Part shown: positions 33,701 to 46,800 of the stretch, piece after piece
How positions within the stretch are numbered: the first letter of the stretch is position 1
How the letters are laid out: every line of letters starts with the position of its first letter
Assembly (NCBI GenBank): GCA_051362555.1
Contig: CM120641.1
Coordinates: forward strand, 47,746,401-47,810,400
DNA from: Lingula anatina
Taxonomy: Eukaryota; Animalia; Brachiopoda
DNA: 64,000 bases
Direction of reading: 5' to 3'
Translations under genes and position numbers: made by a program
Notes under the pieces: model-generated
Database searches by the model: none
What the model was told of the DNA's origin: nothing
What the model saw: the letters and a program-made list of their open reading frames with translations, nothing else

Positions 33701-36700
33701 TATTTTTTGGGGCTGGAATTATGTCACGCATGAAGGTGATCCGAGGTTGTGTAATATAAACCTCTACGGGGTCATTATTTATATTAGCTTTTTGGACTGG
33801 CATGTGTAGCTTGGTAACCAAAATACCAACCTGGATACAGGGGCCGCGGTCTGCTACAGCAGACAGGGCTGGCTAGAACAAGCGCTACAGTTTTTTTTCT
33901 TCCTCTTTTATGCTATGTGTATGAAAAATAAAATTGTCAAAGAGGAATATTGTTCATGTGGTTGGTTGATGTTGGCCTTCATTAAGAGGTGAATCTATTG
34001 TAATTCCATTCTCACCTTGTGAAGATTAAACATACTGCGAATTTTTTTCTTTGATAGTGAGGTGTTAAATGCAAGGGTTGTGAGGTCAAGGAGAAATAAC
34101 TTTCTTGAAAAACATTTAAGAAATGCTGAAATATCTTTTGTCCACTTAGTCACTGGTCATTTTCTCTGGTGATTTTCTCTTTAAGCATCTTTTAGATCAC
34201 CTTTTCATTGGTAAAATATGCTTTTAAATGGACAAGTTAAAAAATCTTGGACGTAGGGTCAGTTTTTGTCCTCTGGTCATTGTCCGTTTTGCAGTCGCTG
34301 TGACGAGAAGTTGACCGTGTGCCAGCGACAACATTTCGGGTCAAAGGGAAGATTGTGTACATATACTTCTGCCCCCAGACCAGCTTATGGACGGAGGTTT
34401 TAATTTGTGTATTTTTCATCCTCGACAGAATACAGTAATTTAGGCGTGAGGTAATTTTTTATAACCCTTATACAATTGAGGAACAAAGAGCCGGGGTAGG
34501 CTGCTGGCGAGAGAGCTGCAATCTGAGCTGGCCAAGACATAGGCTGCAGTATGCATTGGTTCTACCTGACCTATTCATGAGTAAATAAAAAAACCAGTTC
34601 TTTTCAAAGTCTGTCTAGCAGTTACACCACATTAGAACATGCACTGCGGGGATTATGCTGACTGACTAGCTGACCTTTCACGCACTTTCGGGTCAATCCT
34701 CGACCAATGAGAACTTACATCTCCTTTCTCGGGCCAAAGCCAAGGACTGCCTCGGCTGGAAGATTAAAACATGTAAAAGGTTGAAAGTCAGATTGGGCAA
34801 AAAGATCTAGGTCAGCTTGTAAGGAAAAAATATACATGCTGTTTTAAATAACAGGGGTGGAATCCTTGGATGCTGCCATGCAGAAAAAAAGAAATTACGC
34901 CTGAGTTATATCATGAGGGGATGGCGTGATGCAATAGAGGTTGACCTTTTCCTTAGTGGTCGATGAGTGATGTGAGATGCTGTGCCAGCCTGCTTAACCG
35001 GTCCAGTGCTTGCTGGCATTTTTTAAGCAGGAGGCCATGCCAAATTCTTAAGTCAACACAACGCTGTCTTGCATAATATTGCCTGGTTACCATCTATTAC
35101 ATTGCTCCAAAGGTCATGTCGGGAAATATGGAAGGGCATTCAAGATTGTTGGCCTCTGCTTGGGCAGGGGGTTGTTTATTAAAAGAATCGTTTTTTTGTG
35201 GCTGGGTCTGTAGGTATATTGAAGCCAGCGAGCAGTACTTAATTATTCAGAGCGTGGTGTGTATGTGTGTGTGTGCGTCTAATGGCGCAGGTGCTAGGCT
35301 AAGGGATGAGATACCAGCATGGCGGCCAGCTCCACGCCTGCGATTACAGGGCTACTGTGACGTGGCATGCGCCAGCATCTATTTCGCAAAAATTGCGCTG
35401 CAAGCGTTATTATCACAATTTTCTTTCTCATGGTAGCTTTTGAAAATTTTTTATTTTGATGCTAGGATCTATTAACCATTGAAATGAATTCTTGGACTTG
35501 GACACTAAGGATTTTAGAGTCAAAAGTCTGCAGTGATACAGCAAATAAAATCAACCTGCCATTTTATTGTATTTGTTTTAATCTTTTACGGACAAGGGGA
35601 ATTATTTTTAACTTTTGATGTTAAATCAATGTCTGATTCCTTCTCAGAAAAGTTACCTTTTATTAACTTTTCAACAGATACATTTCCCTGTGTTTTCATC
35701 AGTGGTTACATTTCCAGATGAGTTGACAGTCATATTTTTGTGCAAACAAAAGATTACAGGTGAATTGTTTACTTTGTGCATTATTTGTACAGACGGATAA
35801 AAAATGGCTTGTTAAACATACCTATCAACTACCCTGAATTTCTTAGCTTTGTTAAAAGGTTCTTACTGAAGACAATACATTATCTTCTCGATTTTTTTTT
35901 TTACCGTGGATCATTAAATAAAAGTCCTGGTACAGTGAGTTGTAGTACTAGAGAACTGATCCCGTTAATCTTGATTATCCTCCTCATTTCTTGACAGAAC
36001 AAATTGTAAAAAACCACAGCCTAATCACCAGTGAAACCACGGAGCTACTTGTGATTGGGAGCACTACAATAGAGTAGATTTCGTTGTATATGAGACAACC
36101 ATTTACTGCCATACATTACTACTTCTACAACAACCAGAGATTTAGCTGATGACTGGGCTGGCTTCATTTTGAATCTTTAAATTGTAATTTTATTGTGTTA
36201 ATTAGCAGAAATATCAGAAATGTAGGCAAACTGGTGCATGAATTTATATATTTTTTAAATAATATGATAAAATTTGAATGGAGCATGCATGGGGTGGGGG
36301 GGGGGGAGAGGGAGAGATCCTACAACTTTACGGCTTGTTCTTGCAGTCTCCAATGATACATGACATTGAATGAAATAAAATCCCATTTTTAATTCACACA
36401 ATCCATTTTCAAAATCCATTTTCAATACACAGATGCAGAGTGTGGAAGATGTTATTCAACTGGAGGGTACATATTTAGTACTGTGTCCCTTATACCAATA
36501 AATAAATTCAACAATGAGCACTTATGCCATGGAAAGTTTTCTTCATATATAAATCTTTTTTTTTTTTCTTTTCATTTTCCTTGAGTTAGTAAACTTATTT
36601 GATAAATAAAAAATGTAACTGCCTACTGTTGTGTTGCTTCATACGTTTAATGTGTTCAGTTTATAGAGGTCATTTTTTTTTCAATATTCTGTCTGACAAA

Positions 36701-39660
36701 TACAGATTTCAGCTCAATATTTTGAATTACTTAACAAGATGCCAGTGCAGATATAGCTTCAGTGACATCTGAGAAATCTATAAAATTTCACTCTGTCACC
36801 CTACTGAGGGTTTCTTGATAGGACCACTGTTGCAGAGGGTGGCTATATTTCAAATATTTTACATTTCAGACATCTAAAATTTTTTTCATGTAGTTGGTTA
36901 CAGTGAGCCTAGAAAAATGGTGGTGACATGAAAAATAAATATATAGTGGTGGCTTATCATCAGCAGTTTTCACTTGGCACATTTGAGTTTTTTGGAATCC
37001 TTTGGGTCAAGGTTTAAAAATATATTTGTGAAAAATGCTTTTACAAAAATAAATTGTCAGACAAAAATAAACCCACCAGTCAGTGCACCCTATTCAGGAG
37101 AAAATAATTTTTTTAAAAAAAGTGCAGAAGATCAAGCTCAGACAGTGAACTATTTTGATGGGTTAGACATTTTTTGAAAACAAATATGTACATTTTGTAT
37201 TTGCCAATGTTATAGGAAGAAAGTTTTTATTCTATAGCTATTGTTCAGAAAAAAAATTTTGAAGGAGATGACAGTCTTGATAAAGTTAACCTGCAGTTGT
37301 CATAGTGTCAGACAGTTGACGTAGTGTCAAAAGTCAGCAATTATTGTAGATTATCATGCCAGAGAGGATCCAATGTTACAGTCTGGGCTCTGTTACACTC
37401 CATGCTTGGAGCATTGTTCTCAATATCCTCATAGTTCTGATTCACAATGGCATAGCAATGTGCAACCCTTAACCATTGATGGTCAAAGAGATAGAATGGC
37501 GCATCCAAGAGATGGTAGTTTGTATTGTAGGCAACCCCTGTCACCTGTGTTCTATATAGTGGTGTTCACTAGGACAGGGCATTAGTGGTTTTATAACCTG
37601 TGCAGTCATGCTGCTACTGTCTGTTACAGGACAATCAATTTTATACCCTTGCATCATCACAGTGCTTTACAACAATGCTCATGCAATCAGTTAAGTGATG
37701 GGTTCCAGAAAAAGTGCGATGGTTTCTGTCTATCCAGGATGGATGAAGAATTCATGGGCATTTTGACCTCATACCTTGGCCAGGTAATAGGACCAGTGCC
37801 CTGGATTGTTGGAATTTAAATGGCCTGAAAATTACTTGAATCACCTTGCAGAAAATTTTTAAATAAAGAATTTATTTCTTTTGTTTTTTTTTTTTTGCTA
37901 AGCTTTGTATTATAAGTATATGAGTTGTAATCTTGCATTCAGTAGAAATACAAAAGTGCATCTTATTTGAAAAAGTGTTAAAAGTTTGCATTTTCGCTGT
38001 AGTTTAGTACATTTGGCTGTTTTCCTGAGCATTTGTTGTATATGGTCCCAGACAGTTGGATAGGATGTCTGAATAATTTATGAGTTAAAATACAACTTTG
38101 TTCAATGTGACCAGCATCTATTGCAGTCTACTGGTAGATGTAGTTTAAAAGAGAGAGGTCCTGAATATTTTTATGCTGCAATTTCCCGCATGTTCATGCT
38201 GAATATAAAATTTCAATTCTCAGTTTTGTTTTTTTTTTGTGATATAATCATTCATTCAAGAGATCTAAAATTCATAATTAATTTAGAAAATTTCATGAAA
38301 GGTTTCCAGAGTTATATTTGAGTTTGAGACTGAGTAAGGAGAGTCATATGCTACACTACACTGCACTACACTACAGAGATAGTGCGTACAACTATGGCGT
38401 CTGACACTGCTTTTCAGTCTTGAAGTCAACAATTAATCATCTCATCTAAAGCCCAAAAATTATTTTTCATAGGAAAATTTCTAGTTAAGAATCAAGTATG
38501 GGGAACATCTCCGAGACGTCTTGTACCTTTACCAGAATTTGTCAACGTATAGTTTGAAGTGGTAATGGATGTCTTTGTCCCCGCTGCGTGTCTTTTCACG
38601 TGTTACTGCGACGTGCATGGGATATATCCGTAGCATTGATAACATGAGCCAATTTAGTTGAAGTATTTTTGGAATTTAGAGAATTTAAAATTTAATACTT
38701 TGCTTTTTCTTATTTTAATAATCATTTGTTTTTTCATCTTTAGGATATTTTCAGTTGTGGATTTGTAAAATATTTTTTCTAATGTATGGTAAGTTGATAG
38801 TGGTTTCTTATCACTTATTTGGATGCACTTTTTGCCATTTAAAAAATGTTTCACATGCCCCAGTGAAAATTAATACCAGTGTATCAGAAGGTGTTGATTA
38901 AAAATTGTGGCAAAATTTTAGATATTGAGTTTTAAACTAAGAGAGAGAGTTGTTCAAAGTTTATTACAGCCACTGCTGCAATAGTAAAAATCAGCTTAGG
39001 TTGCATATAATTATTTAATGGTGATGTGGCAGATATCACTTAAAATAAATGGAAGGTTTCATTTGCACCACCACCTCTCAAGGACAAAGAAACTCTCTTC
39101 CTATTATTTTATTCTATTATCATCATCATAACAGTGATGCTGAAATGTCCTTAAAGCTTGCACTTCCTTGTCAACCTTGAGATGCACAGGGGACTGCATG
39201 TGTGCCCACTTCAATAGCAACAGCAAGATTTTTAATTATTCAAAAGCAGTGCCACTGGTTTCGGTCATGCCTTGGCGAGTGTGAGAGTGCTGTTTTCAGC
39301 CATTCACAGCATCCTTTGGCTTTGGCATTCTACATAAAGCATTGATCACTCTGCTTTTTGCCATCCAAAAGATTATCATTTAATTTCCCTGCCCCCTCCC
39401 TTGTACTGTTAATCTTATTACAGACCCCAAGACACATTTTCAGGCTTCAGGCCACTTTTTATAAAGTCTTACGTAACTTAACAGCGGAATAATGCCAGTA
39501 GGGATGATGCCAGTTAGAAAAAAAAGCTGCTTTTACTTAACAATGAGAAACTGTCTGCCTTTAAGCCCTCGGGATAGTTTTATCTTTTTCAATCTTACAA
39601 CACTAATTTGGCGTTTCCTTTGTTTGAGAATCCAAAACTTTCAAGGAAATGTGGCCTCTA

Positions 39661-39915
39661 AGACCCGTTCCCAAAGACACCATTGGTCTACCTAGATCGA
39701 TCCAACTCTGCAGGGACTCGCGCTGAGTGCAATCAGCTTAACTGAACGACACACCTATCTTGTTCCCATTGTACTCAAATAATCACTAGCTTTCTATATT
39801 GTACTCAACGACAGGAGGAAGCATTCCATTCAGTTAAGCTGATTGCGCTCAGCCAGAGTCCCTGCAAAGTTGGATCGATCTAGGCAGACCGACGATGTCT
39901 TTGGAAATTGGGCCT
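39661..39915. mobile_element. MITE-like element with ~85-bp terminal inverted repeats
   Basis: Left arm ...CCAAAGACACCATTGGTCTACCTAGATCGATCCAACTCTGCAGGGACTC...AATCAGCTTAACTGAA is the reverse complement of the right arm TTCAGTTAAGCTGATT...GAGTCCCTGCAAAGTTGGATCGATCTAGGCAGACC...GTCTTTGG. TA lies near both ends. Confidence 0.8.
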
Positions 39916-40477
39916 ATGAGTACTCCTGCTCTTAATGTATACTTGGATGTGGGTGGATGAATGAAAGGTTGAAATCAAGAGGGGGGGGGGGGGGGGGGGG
40001 GGGAAGGAGGGGGAGGGGGAGGGGGGGTCTGTCATTGATGATGTCTGCTGTCAGGTTGTCATTGTTTGTGTGATGTTTTCAAATCTAATTTTTGAGAAAA
40101 TTAAGACCGATGGTGGAACTGTGTGGGGAATTTTGGAGGTCCTCAGTACAAATTCAACAAAAAGTGTGCAGTCTTGAAACTAGACATTGGATTACAATCC
40201 TCCCCTGGTTAGGCTTCTGTACCTCTGTTTCATACAGTGTGTACCCCCCCCCCTTCCCCTTGATAGTACCATTGTACCCCTGATTTATTCAAGCTGATTG
40301 TACTGACTGTGACACTTTGGGGATGTAGTATTTGTTAAAGGGTGTGTGTGATCTGGACTAGACCTTGGGGCTAGTCCCAGTGAAATATCGTTCCACTTAG
40401 ATCAATCCAAGTCCGCCTTTCATTGAGTGGACAGTAAAGCTGATGATTATATAAGGACATTGGAAACAAGAAGAAGT

Positions 40478-40562
40478 GTTAATCTGATTGTGTTCAGCAA
40501 GAGTCCCCAAGAGTTGGATCAATCTACGTAGAATAATGGTTTTATTTGGGAATGAGTCCTTA
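40478..40562 (+). mobile_element. Solo diverged arm of the 39661-39915 family
   Basis: CTGATTGTGTTCAGCAAGAGTCCCCAAGAGTTGGATCAATCTACGTAGA...TTTGGGAATGAGTCC aligns with the right arm. Confidence 0.65.
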
Positions 40563-43500
40563 GAGTTGACCCATAATTGCCCATAGGTTATTGTCCAGTG
40601 ATAACTCAAACACGTGGCAGATTTCTAGAGAGAATGCGGTGGCTAGCTGAAGGATAGTAGTACTCACTATTGTACAGGCTGTTAACATACATGTTTATTG
40701 TACTTGTCGTAGTATTTTGTGTAGTTATTGCTGATTCATGTTCAAATGCTTCTGCTGGTCTAGAGTAATCTACTGCAGGAAAACAGGAAAATGGAGAGAC
40801 CACAAAAATGGGTTTATTTCATTGAAATACCATTGTATTAATCCAATTACAGATGGTGGTTTAATCACTTTAATTGGATTTTGTGGTATTTAGAGATGAG
40901 TGCTGGCCACAATTTTTATCGATGTTTTCTTTATTAAGCCACGTCAATACTCAGGCTGTTGCTTGGAGAAGTGGGAAGTCATTGTCCTCACTGTGATCTC
41001 TTAACTAACCGTACGGATTCACAGAGTAATGAGAATATATCAATAAAAGCTGACAGTCTTCTTTGTTGCTCGTTAAGGAACAATGTTATATGGATTTTAG
41101 TTTAAATGTAAAACTTTTGGTCCTCAAGGTGGGGTCTTTTTTCTTGCTGACCCTCCGTGGCAGTCTGGGGGCCAATGGGAGCCAAACACACCATCATTTG
41201 AGAGGGCAGTCTGTGAAATAGTTGTTGAAATGTAAAGACTGGGACCTTGTGTTGTCCTGATCAGGTCACAGCAAGGATCACCTTTGCTCTCTCCAAACAA
41301 GCACCTGCTCTGCTGTGACCTGGTTCAATGACCATGTCCAAACAAGGCTGTGTAAACCCTGGCTGGCTCTCCTTGAACACGGCATTGACAAAATATTGAC
41401 TATTTGTTCATGAGGTAATTGGTGAAAAGAAACGTGACATTACGTGTGGGCAGCTTATTAGACCAGAAGCTGTTAAGTCTCGCACTGTTAATGTGTAATT
41501 AAGGGGTGTGGACGTATTATGACTGGATTGGTCCAGTCTTTGAAATATGTCTAGGTCTGGGCGGTGAGAGAATATTCAGCCTTGTAAAATGGGTTAAAGG
41601 CATTGTCACACTCTTTATCACTCGTGGCATAATTCCAAAGAGCGTGCATTTTGTGCGTTGTCTTCCCACTGCCACAATGGTCAGATGACAATGATAAATG
41701 GCCAGCGAGGCAGGCCCTACTTATCAGCAGTCGTACTTGAGTTAATATTATCTATGCATGATTTCAACCCAGGGAATGTTATTGCACTTAAGTTGTAGTT
41801 TGCATGGTGTAAGGCCAGAGTCCTCGCTAAGGTCAGCAGTTTAGGAGGGGCTGGCTTATGGCCTAGAAAATGGGCCAGTCCAGGTCATTTGTCTGACTGC
41901 GCTGTCTGGGACCCTTCCTAAGTCAACAGTGGTGGCCTAACATTAGATAACCACTGCCAGTTTAAGGGGATTTGCTGAAGTATTAATGATATCAATGGGC
42001 TACTGGGCTAATCAGAAGTCTGGCTGGAAAATCCAGACTACATTAATGGCTTTGCTGAGATCCACACCTGGCAATTTAGGTCATCTGTGGTGGTATTTAT
42101 AGATGATATTTATATACCTCTGGTGAATACTGGCACATTTAAAGATCATTGGTCCCTGCGAGTCATATGGATAGCATGGCAATGAACCCCTGAACTCTTT
42201 GAAGCTGAAGGGTTTTTCTGTTTGAATTTTTGTCGAATAGAATATTGTTTGGGGGGGGGGGGGGGCAGACTGGAAATATTTTCAAAGTGATGAGTTTTCT
42301 ATAGAACTGGGGCTTGATTGATGGTCTTTATAACACCTTTTGCTTCCGACATTCATTTTGAACGCACTCCTAGACGATGTCTGAGTGCAAAACAATTAAT
42401 AGACTAACTTCAGGTAATACATCTTTTCTTTTTACCTTCAACTGTGTCATTAGTTGGTATAGATTATAACTCTGGTCAGTCCATCAGCTTGCACTTCCTG
42501 CTAAAAAATTGTTACACTTAATATAAATAAAATATTAAAACATGGACATAGAAAGTGCTTTTTGTTGTAGATGAATTAAGCTGTACTGAAGTACAGTGCA
42601 AGTGCACGTCTGAATGATCTTGTATAACCTTTGTCCTTGACAACTAAAAAAACAATAGGAAGGTTTATGTAAATACTTTATGAACCTTATTGTTGGATGC
42701 CCATCTAATTTTTTCCCTATGTTAGAAGTCATAAAATTTTTATTAGAAAAATTCAGCAAAAGGAGGAAATAAAAGGATCTATCGGAGTGTGACTTTGGTG
42801 ACAGATGGGGGGTAGGATTCAGGAAGTATTCTGGTCTTCATAATTATCCTTATCATCTGACACTATTACTAATGCCCCACATTAATACCATAGACCTGCT
42901 CACAAAACAAATGAAAATCACTCTGATCAAAGACTGCTATAAATTTTAGCTAGCCCACTAAAGTACATTTGGGTTGGAATCTATGAGGCCATTCACCCTT
43001 TTTTTAGGCATTGAACCTAAAGCCCCTGAAGCAAAATGTGATTGTCTGGGCAGGTAAATCTATGTACTCTCAATGGTGAGAATACTTTAGTCAATCTTTT
43101 TATGAAATTCTCTTGCAGTATCACAAAAGTAATATTGATGGAGTCGGCTATCCAAATTAACAGTCTTAGCTACATCACACAGCTTCCAACTTCTTATGAA
43201 TTGTATTGTTTTTTTTCTTATTATTTAAATAAAAGTTGAATATGTGGAGTACTTGTTCCAAATTAAATAAAAAATTAAGTGCTGTGTTTATAACATTTAA
43301 ACTTGCTTTCAAAAAAAAAAAAAAAACCTGGCAGGAATTCACATTCATTCAAGCATCGAGGATCATCACAGTAAGAAATCATGGAAGTCATCTGAGATAC
43401 CCCAAAGTCTTGATCTACAATCATGTGAGATTTTTGCAAGATTTGGTGGACAAAATTGTCAGAAATGATGTCAGACAAGCTAGTGTTGTGAAAACTTAAG

Positions 43501-43648
43501 TCAATGGAACTTCTCCATGGATAATTTTTGTGCAAGCTTTATAGTTGGTCGCCATATTTGATCTGTGGATCTGTTAGTTCGCTGTTCTGAATGCATTCTG
43601 AGCTATCTTGGTTGATTTTTTATATTTGGATTAAGATAATCTTAAATA

Positions 43649-43815
43649 CAGGTCTTTCACCAGTAATTTCAAAAAAAAAGGGGGGGGGTCAATTTCAAAA
43701 AAAGTGGGCCTTTTACCATGAAACCTTCATGTACCTAGGTGATATTAACCAGAGCAGACATTTTTCCGCAGAAAAGGTGTAATTGAACCCACTAACCCCC
43801 CTGGCTGCAGGCCTG
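43649..43815. mobile_element. Short unclassified TIR element (CAGG...CCTG) with AAATA direct repeats
   Basis: Ends CAGGTCTTTCACCAG and CTGGCTGCAGGCCTG, internal G-run and C-run, AAATA at 43644-43648 and 43816-43820. Similar right ends near 47465 and 60760. Confidence 0.5.
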
Positions 43816-46800
43816 AAATATCATATATGATCTGAAGAAGCAGTTGGACAGAATTTTTTAGAAGAATAAGTTGAGATTGGCATCACACATAAGGGGAAGG
43901 TACTACCAGTGACAACAGTTTCTCTCAGGGAGGATTTGGTATCACAAATGATGCCACTAATGGCTAACATGTAGTAATAAAAAAAAAAACAACAATTTGG
44001 ATGAATAATAACGCTTTATAGAAATTAAAATGGAATTGGAATCTTCCTTTTTCCTGGAATAATAATAATTATGAAAAATGAAAAGCATAAATTGGAGTTG
44101 CAGATGTTATTCAATATAATGCCAATATTACATGCTGATCCCAATGCACCTTTCAAAAGTCAATGAACTTGTTTACTGCAGGGACATAAGATAATTTTCA
44201 TTTGGCCTTAAAGCTGAAAAAAAGGCCACCAAATCAATTCCACATAGAAAAAAAAATATGTAGAGTAAATTGTTTTTTATCTGAGATTAAGTTGCAAACT
44301 ATCCTCACACAATTTGGTCCATCAGTCCATAGGAGCTTAAGGTATAGTCTATCACCTAAGCTTGACCCACTGACCAGCCTGGTCTGACCCAGATGACCAC
44401 CTGCCTGACCCTTCCTTTAAACATTTAACCTACTTTTAGTCACTGGCCACACTGTGGCCAGAGGGAGATTATATGACCAGTGGCCCAAAGTTCACTTCTG
44501 GTGAAGGTCGGTCAAGTAGAAAATGACCATCTTAACAGGTGGTCAGTGGGTTGAGTGAGTGACCATTATAGCATTATAACTGTCCATCAGTCCATAAAGC
44601 ACCAGACAGGATAATTGGTGCTAGCAGGCTTTCAATTACAAGCAGTATAGTCCACTGGCTGGCTTAGTGGTAGAGGAGGACAATGGGCATTTTCAGGACC
44701 ACCAACTTGTCCTGCTAAAAAAAAATTAATTATTGCTGGGAATGTTACCAAGTAAGTTTATGGAGATTGTATCTTTAAAAGAAGATGAGTGAAGAAGTGC
44801 ATATTTGGGGGAGAACTATCAGGTTCTCCCAGGTATTAAGGAAAGAGGTTGATTTGGCAGGAGTAAATGTCAAAAGCAGCTCAAGTGAAGATTGATGAGG
44901 TTTTTAATAGCTGCTGGCCAGGGTCACTTGGGGACAGTCTGAATTATGTTTTTTCCCTTCTTCTACCATTTTCTTTGTTCTTTAAGAGCTAAGCTCTTCT
45001 GTGTATCTAGTGACAAGGAATTGTCTAACAGATGGACATCTTTGATGATAAAAGATACGGATGTTCGGGAGTAGGTGGTGTCAATGATTGAATATTTTCC
45101 ATAATTCCTGTGAACATTCTTTTTTTTTTTTGTCATTGATGTCCCATTTTTCCTCTCTTCCGAAGAGAAGACATTAGAAAAGCCAAGTGAATGGAATTCT
45201 GGCCAGCCAGAGAGGACCTGCTGTGCCACACTTATCAGTGATCTGTTTTCACTGTAATCTTAGATCAGTAATAAAAGGCCATCCATCTGGTGCTGCTTGG
45301 AATTTAACTGTCAAACCTTGCTACAGTGACAATACTGGACGCCCCTGCTCTTTGTTGGTCATCCCTGCTCGCCCCGTGTATGTGGAGAAGAAAAGTGATT
45401 GGTCACTGCCTCGATGTATGCAAATGAGGTGACTAAGATGTGAAGGTTGAACCCAGCATAGATTTCATCTTGCGAAGAGAATGAGAAGATGGGCAGTGAG
45501 GTCTCAAGAAATTTTTGAAAATAAGAATAAATGTTTTTGTATGCTTAAGTGTTTTCTGGTCATTTTCTCTGTATATAAAAAAAAATAATTGGGGAGTTGG
45601 AAACATTTCAGAATCAATTTTTCTGTACTGTTTTGAGTTATATCTGGATTAAAGTGGCCATTTATTTATTTTAAAAATAAAATTTGGATTAAGATATGAG
45701 TAAATTTTGCTTTAGAAATACTATTAAGGTGAATGAAAATATCCTTTGGTGTACTTTTCATGATCTCTAGATTTCTTTCAAAATTGGTAACAAGGTGTTT
45801 TCACAAACATTTTGTGAGCAGCTGTTTTATTTATCGATGACATTTATCATGGTTTTCTTCTTTGCCTTATTACCTTTGTCATATAAATTTGAAATTACAG
45901 ACACAATGAAAATAACAGGGACCAAACACATTATTTCAGGTAGTATTATTTTTTGTTACAGTATTAGTTTCAAGAGCAAGTCAATAGTTTGTATTATGAG
46001 TATATGATTTTTCCTTGTTAACAATTAGTTGTGTTCTTCTTGGCCAAACAGATGAGATGGGTATAGTAATTGAGTATAAAATGACCCTTCAGCATTCAAA
46101 ATATATTCCTTATGGACTTAAAGAGAAATGATGAGACCTTGACTTTAAAAGTGAAACCTTGATTTAATAAAACTCTTGTTAATCAATTATTTTAAAGTCA
46201 AATTTGCCAAAAAAAAAGGCATCTGACTTTTACAGTGGTTTATTAAAAATTAGGTTTCTTAGGTAATAGAAAGCTTTGTACTTCTGGGGTGAGTTATTTT
46301 GAAGAGATCAAAGACCAGACTAGATTTTTTCTGGTTAGTCTCCTATGCTTTAAAGTGTACTTTAAAACACTCCACCTTTACTAGCCTGGTCCCTCAGAGT
46401 ACCAAGGCTGTTAATTATAGAGAGCAGGAGTCAACATAGGATAGAACTTTGCCTGATTGGTATTAAAAATATAATTTTTGTAATTTTTTTGTTATTTTTT
46501 TGGTTCAAACAGTTTAGTTGTGACTTGGCTCTGTATATCTCCTGTCTTTGGGAAATGGACATTTCAAATACATTTGAGGAGATGCATGGATTGTTTTTTT
46601 TTTTCTCCTTTATGGTATTTCACCTTGTACCCACCAAGACAAAGATACTACACCTTCTCAAATTAGACCCATCTCTCAACTTTTCAGTCATAATTTGGGG
46701 TTTTCTTGGTCAGCTAGGTGACATGATTTTGGTGAGTTTTCAACTTTTACAGAAATTAACAAAATATGATTCATATTTGGCAGTTATGACAGCAAACAGC

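Noticed and set aside
35998-36077. In-frame candidate exon 2 or LINE-like peptide (SETTELLVIGS)
   Set aside because: Hits a stop after about 26 codons, has no strong donor, and the RT-like resemblance is too short.
41436-41456. DITCGQ resembling the BCL11 exon-2 finger DLLTCGQC
   Set aside because: The second Cys and the downstream FPL...H...C pattern are missing, and there is no good acceptor.
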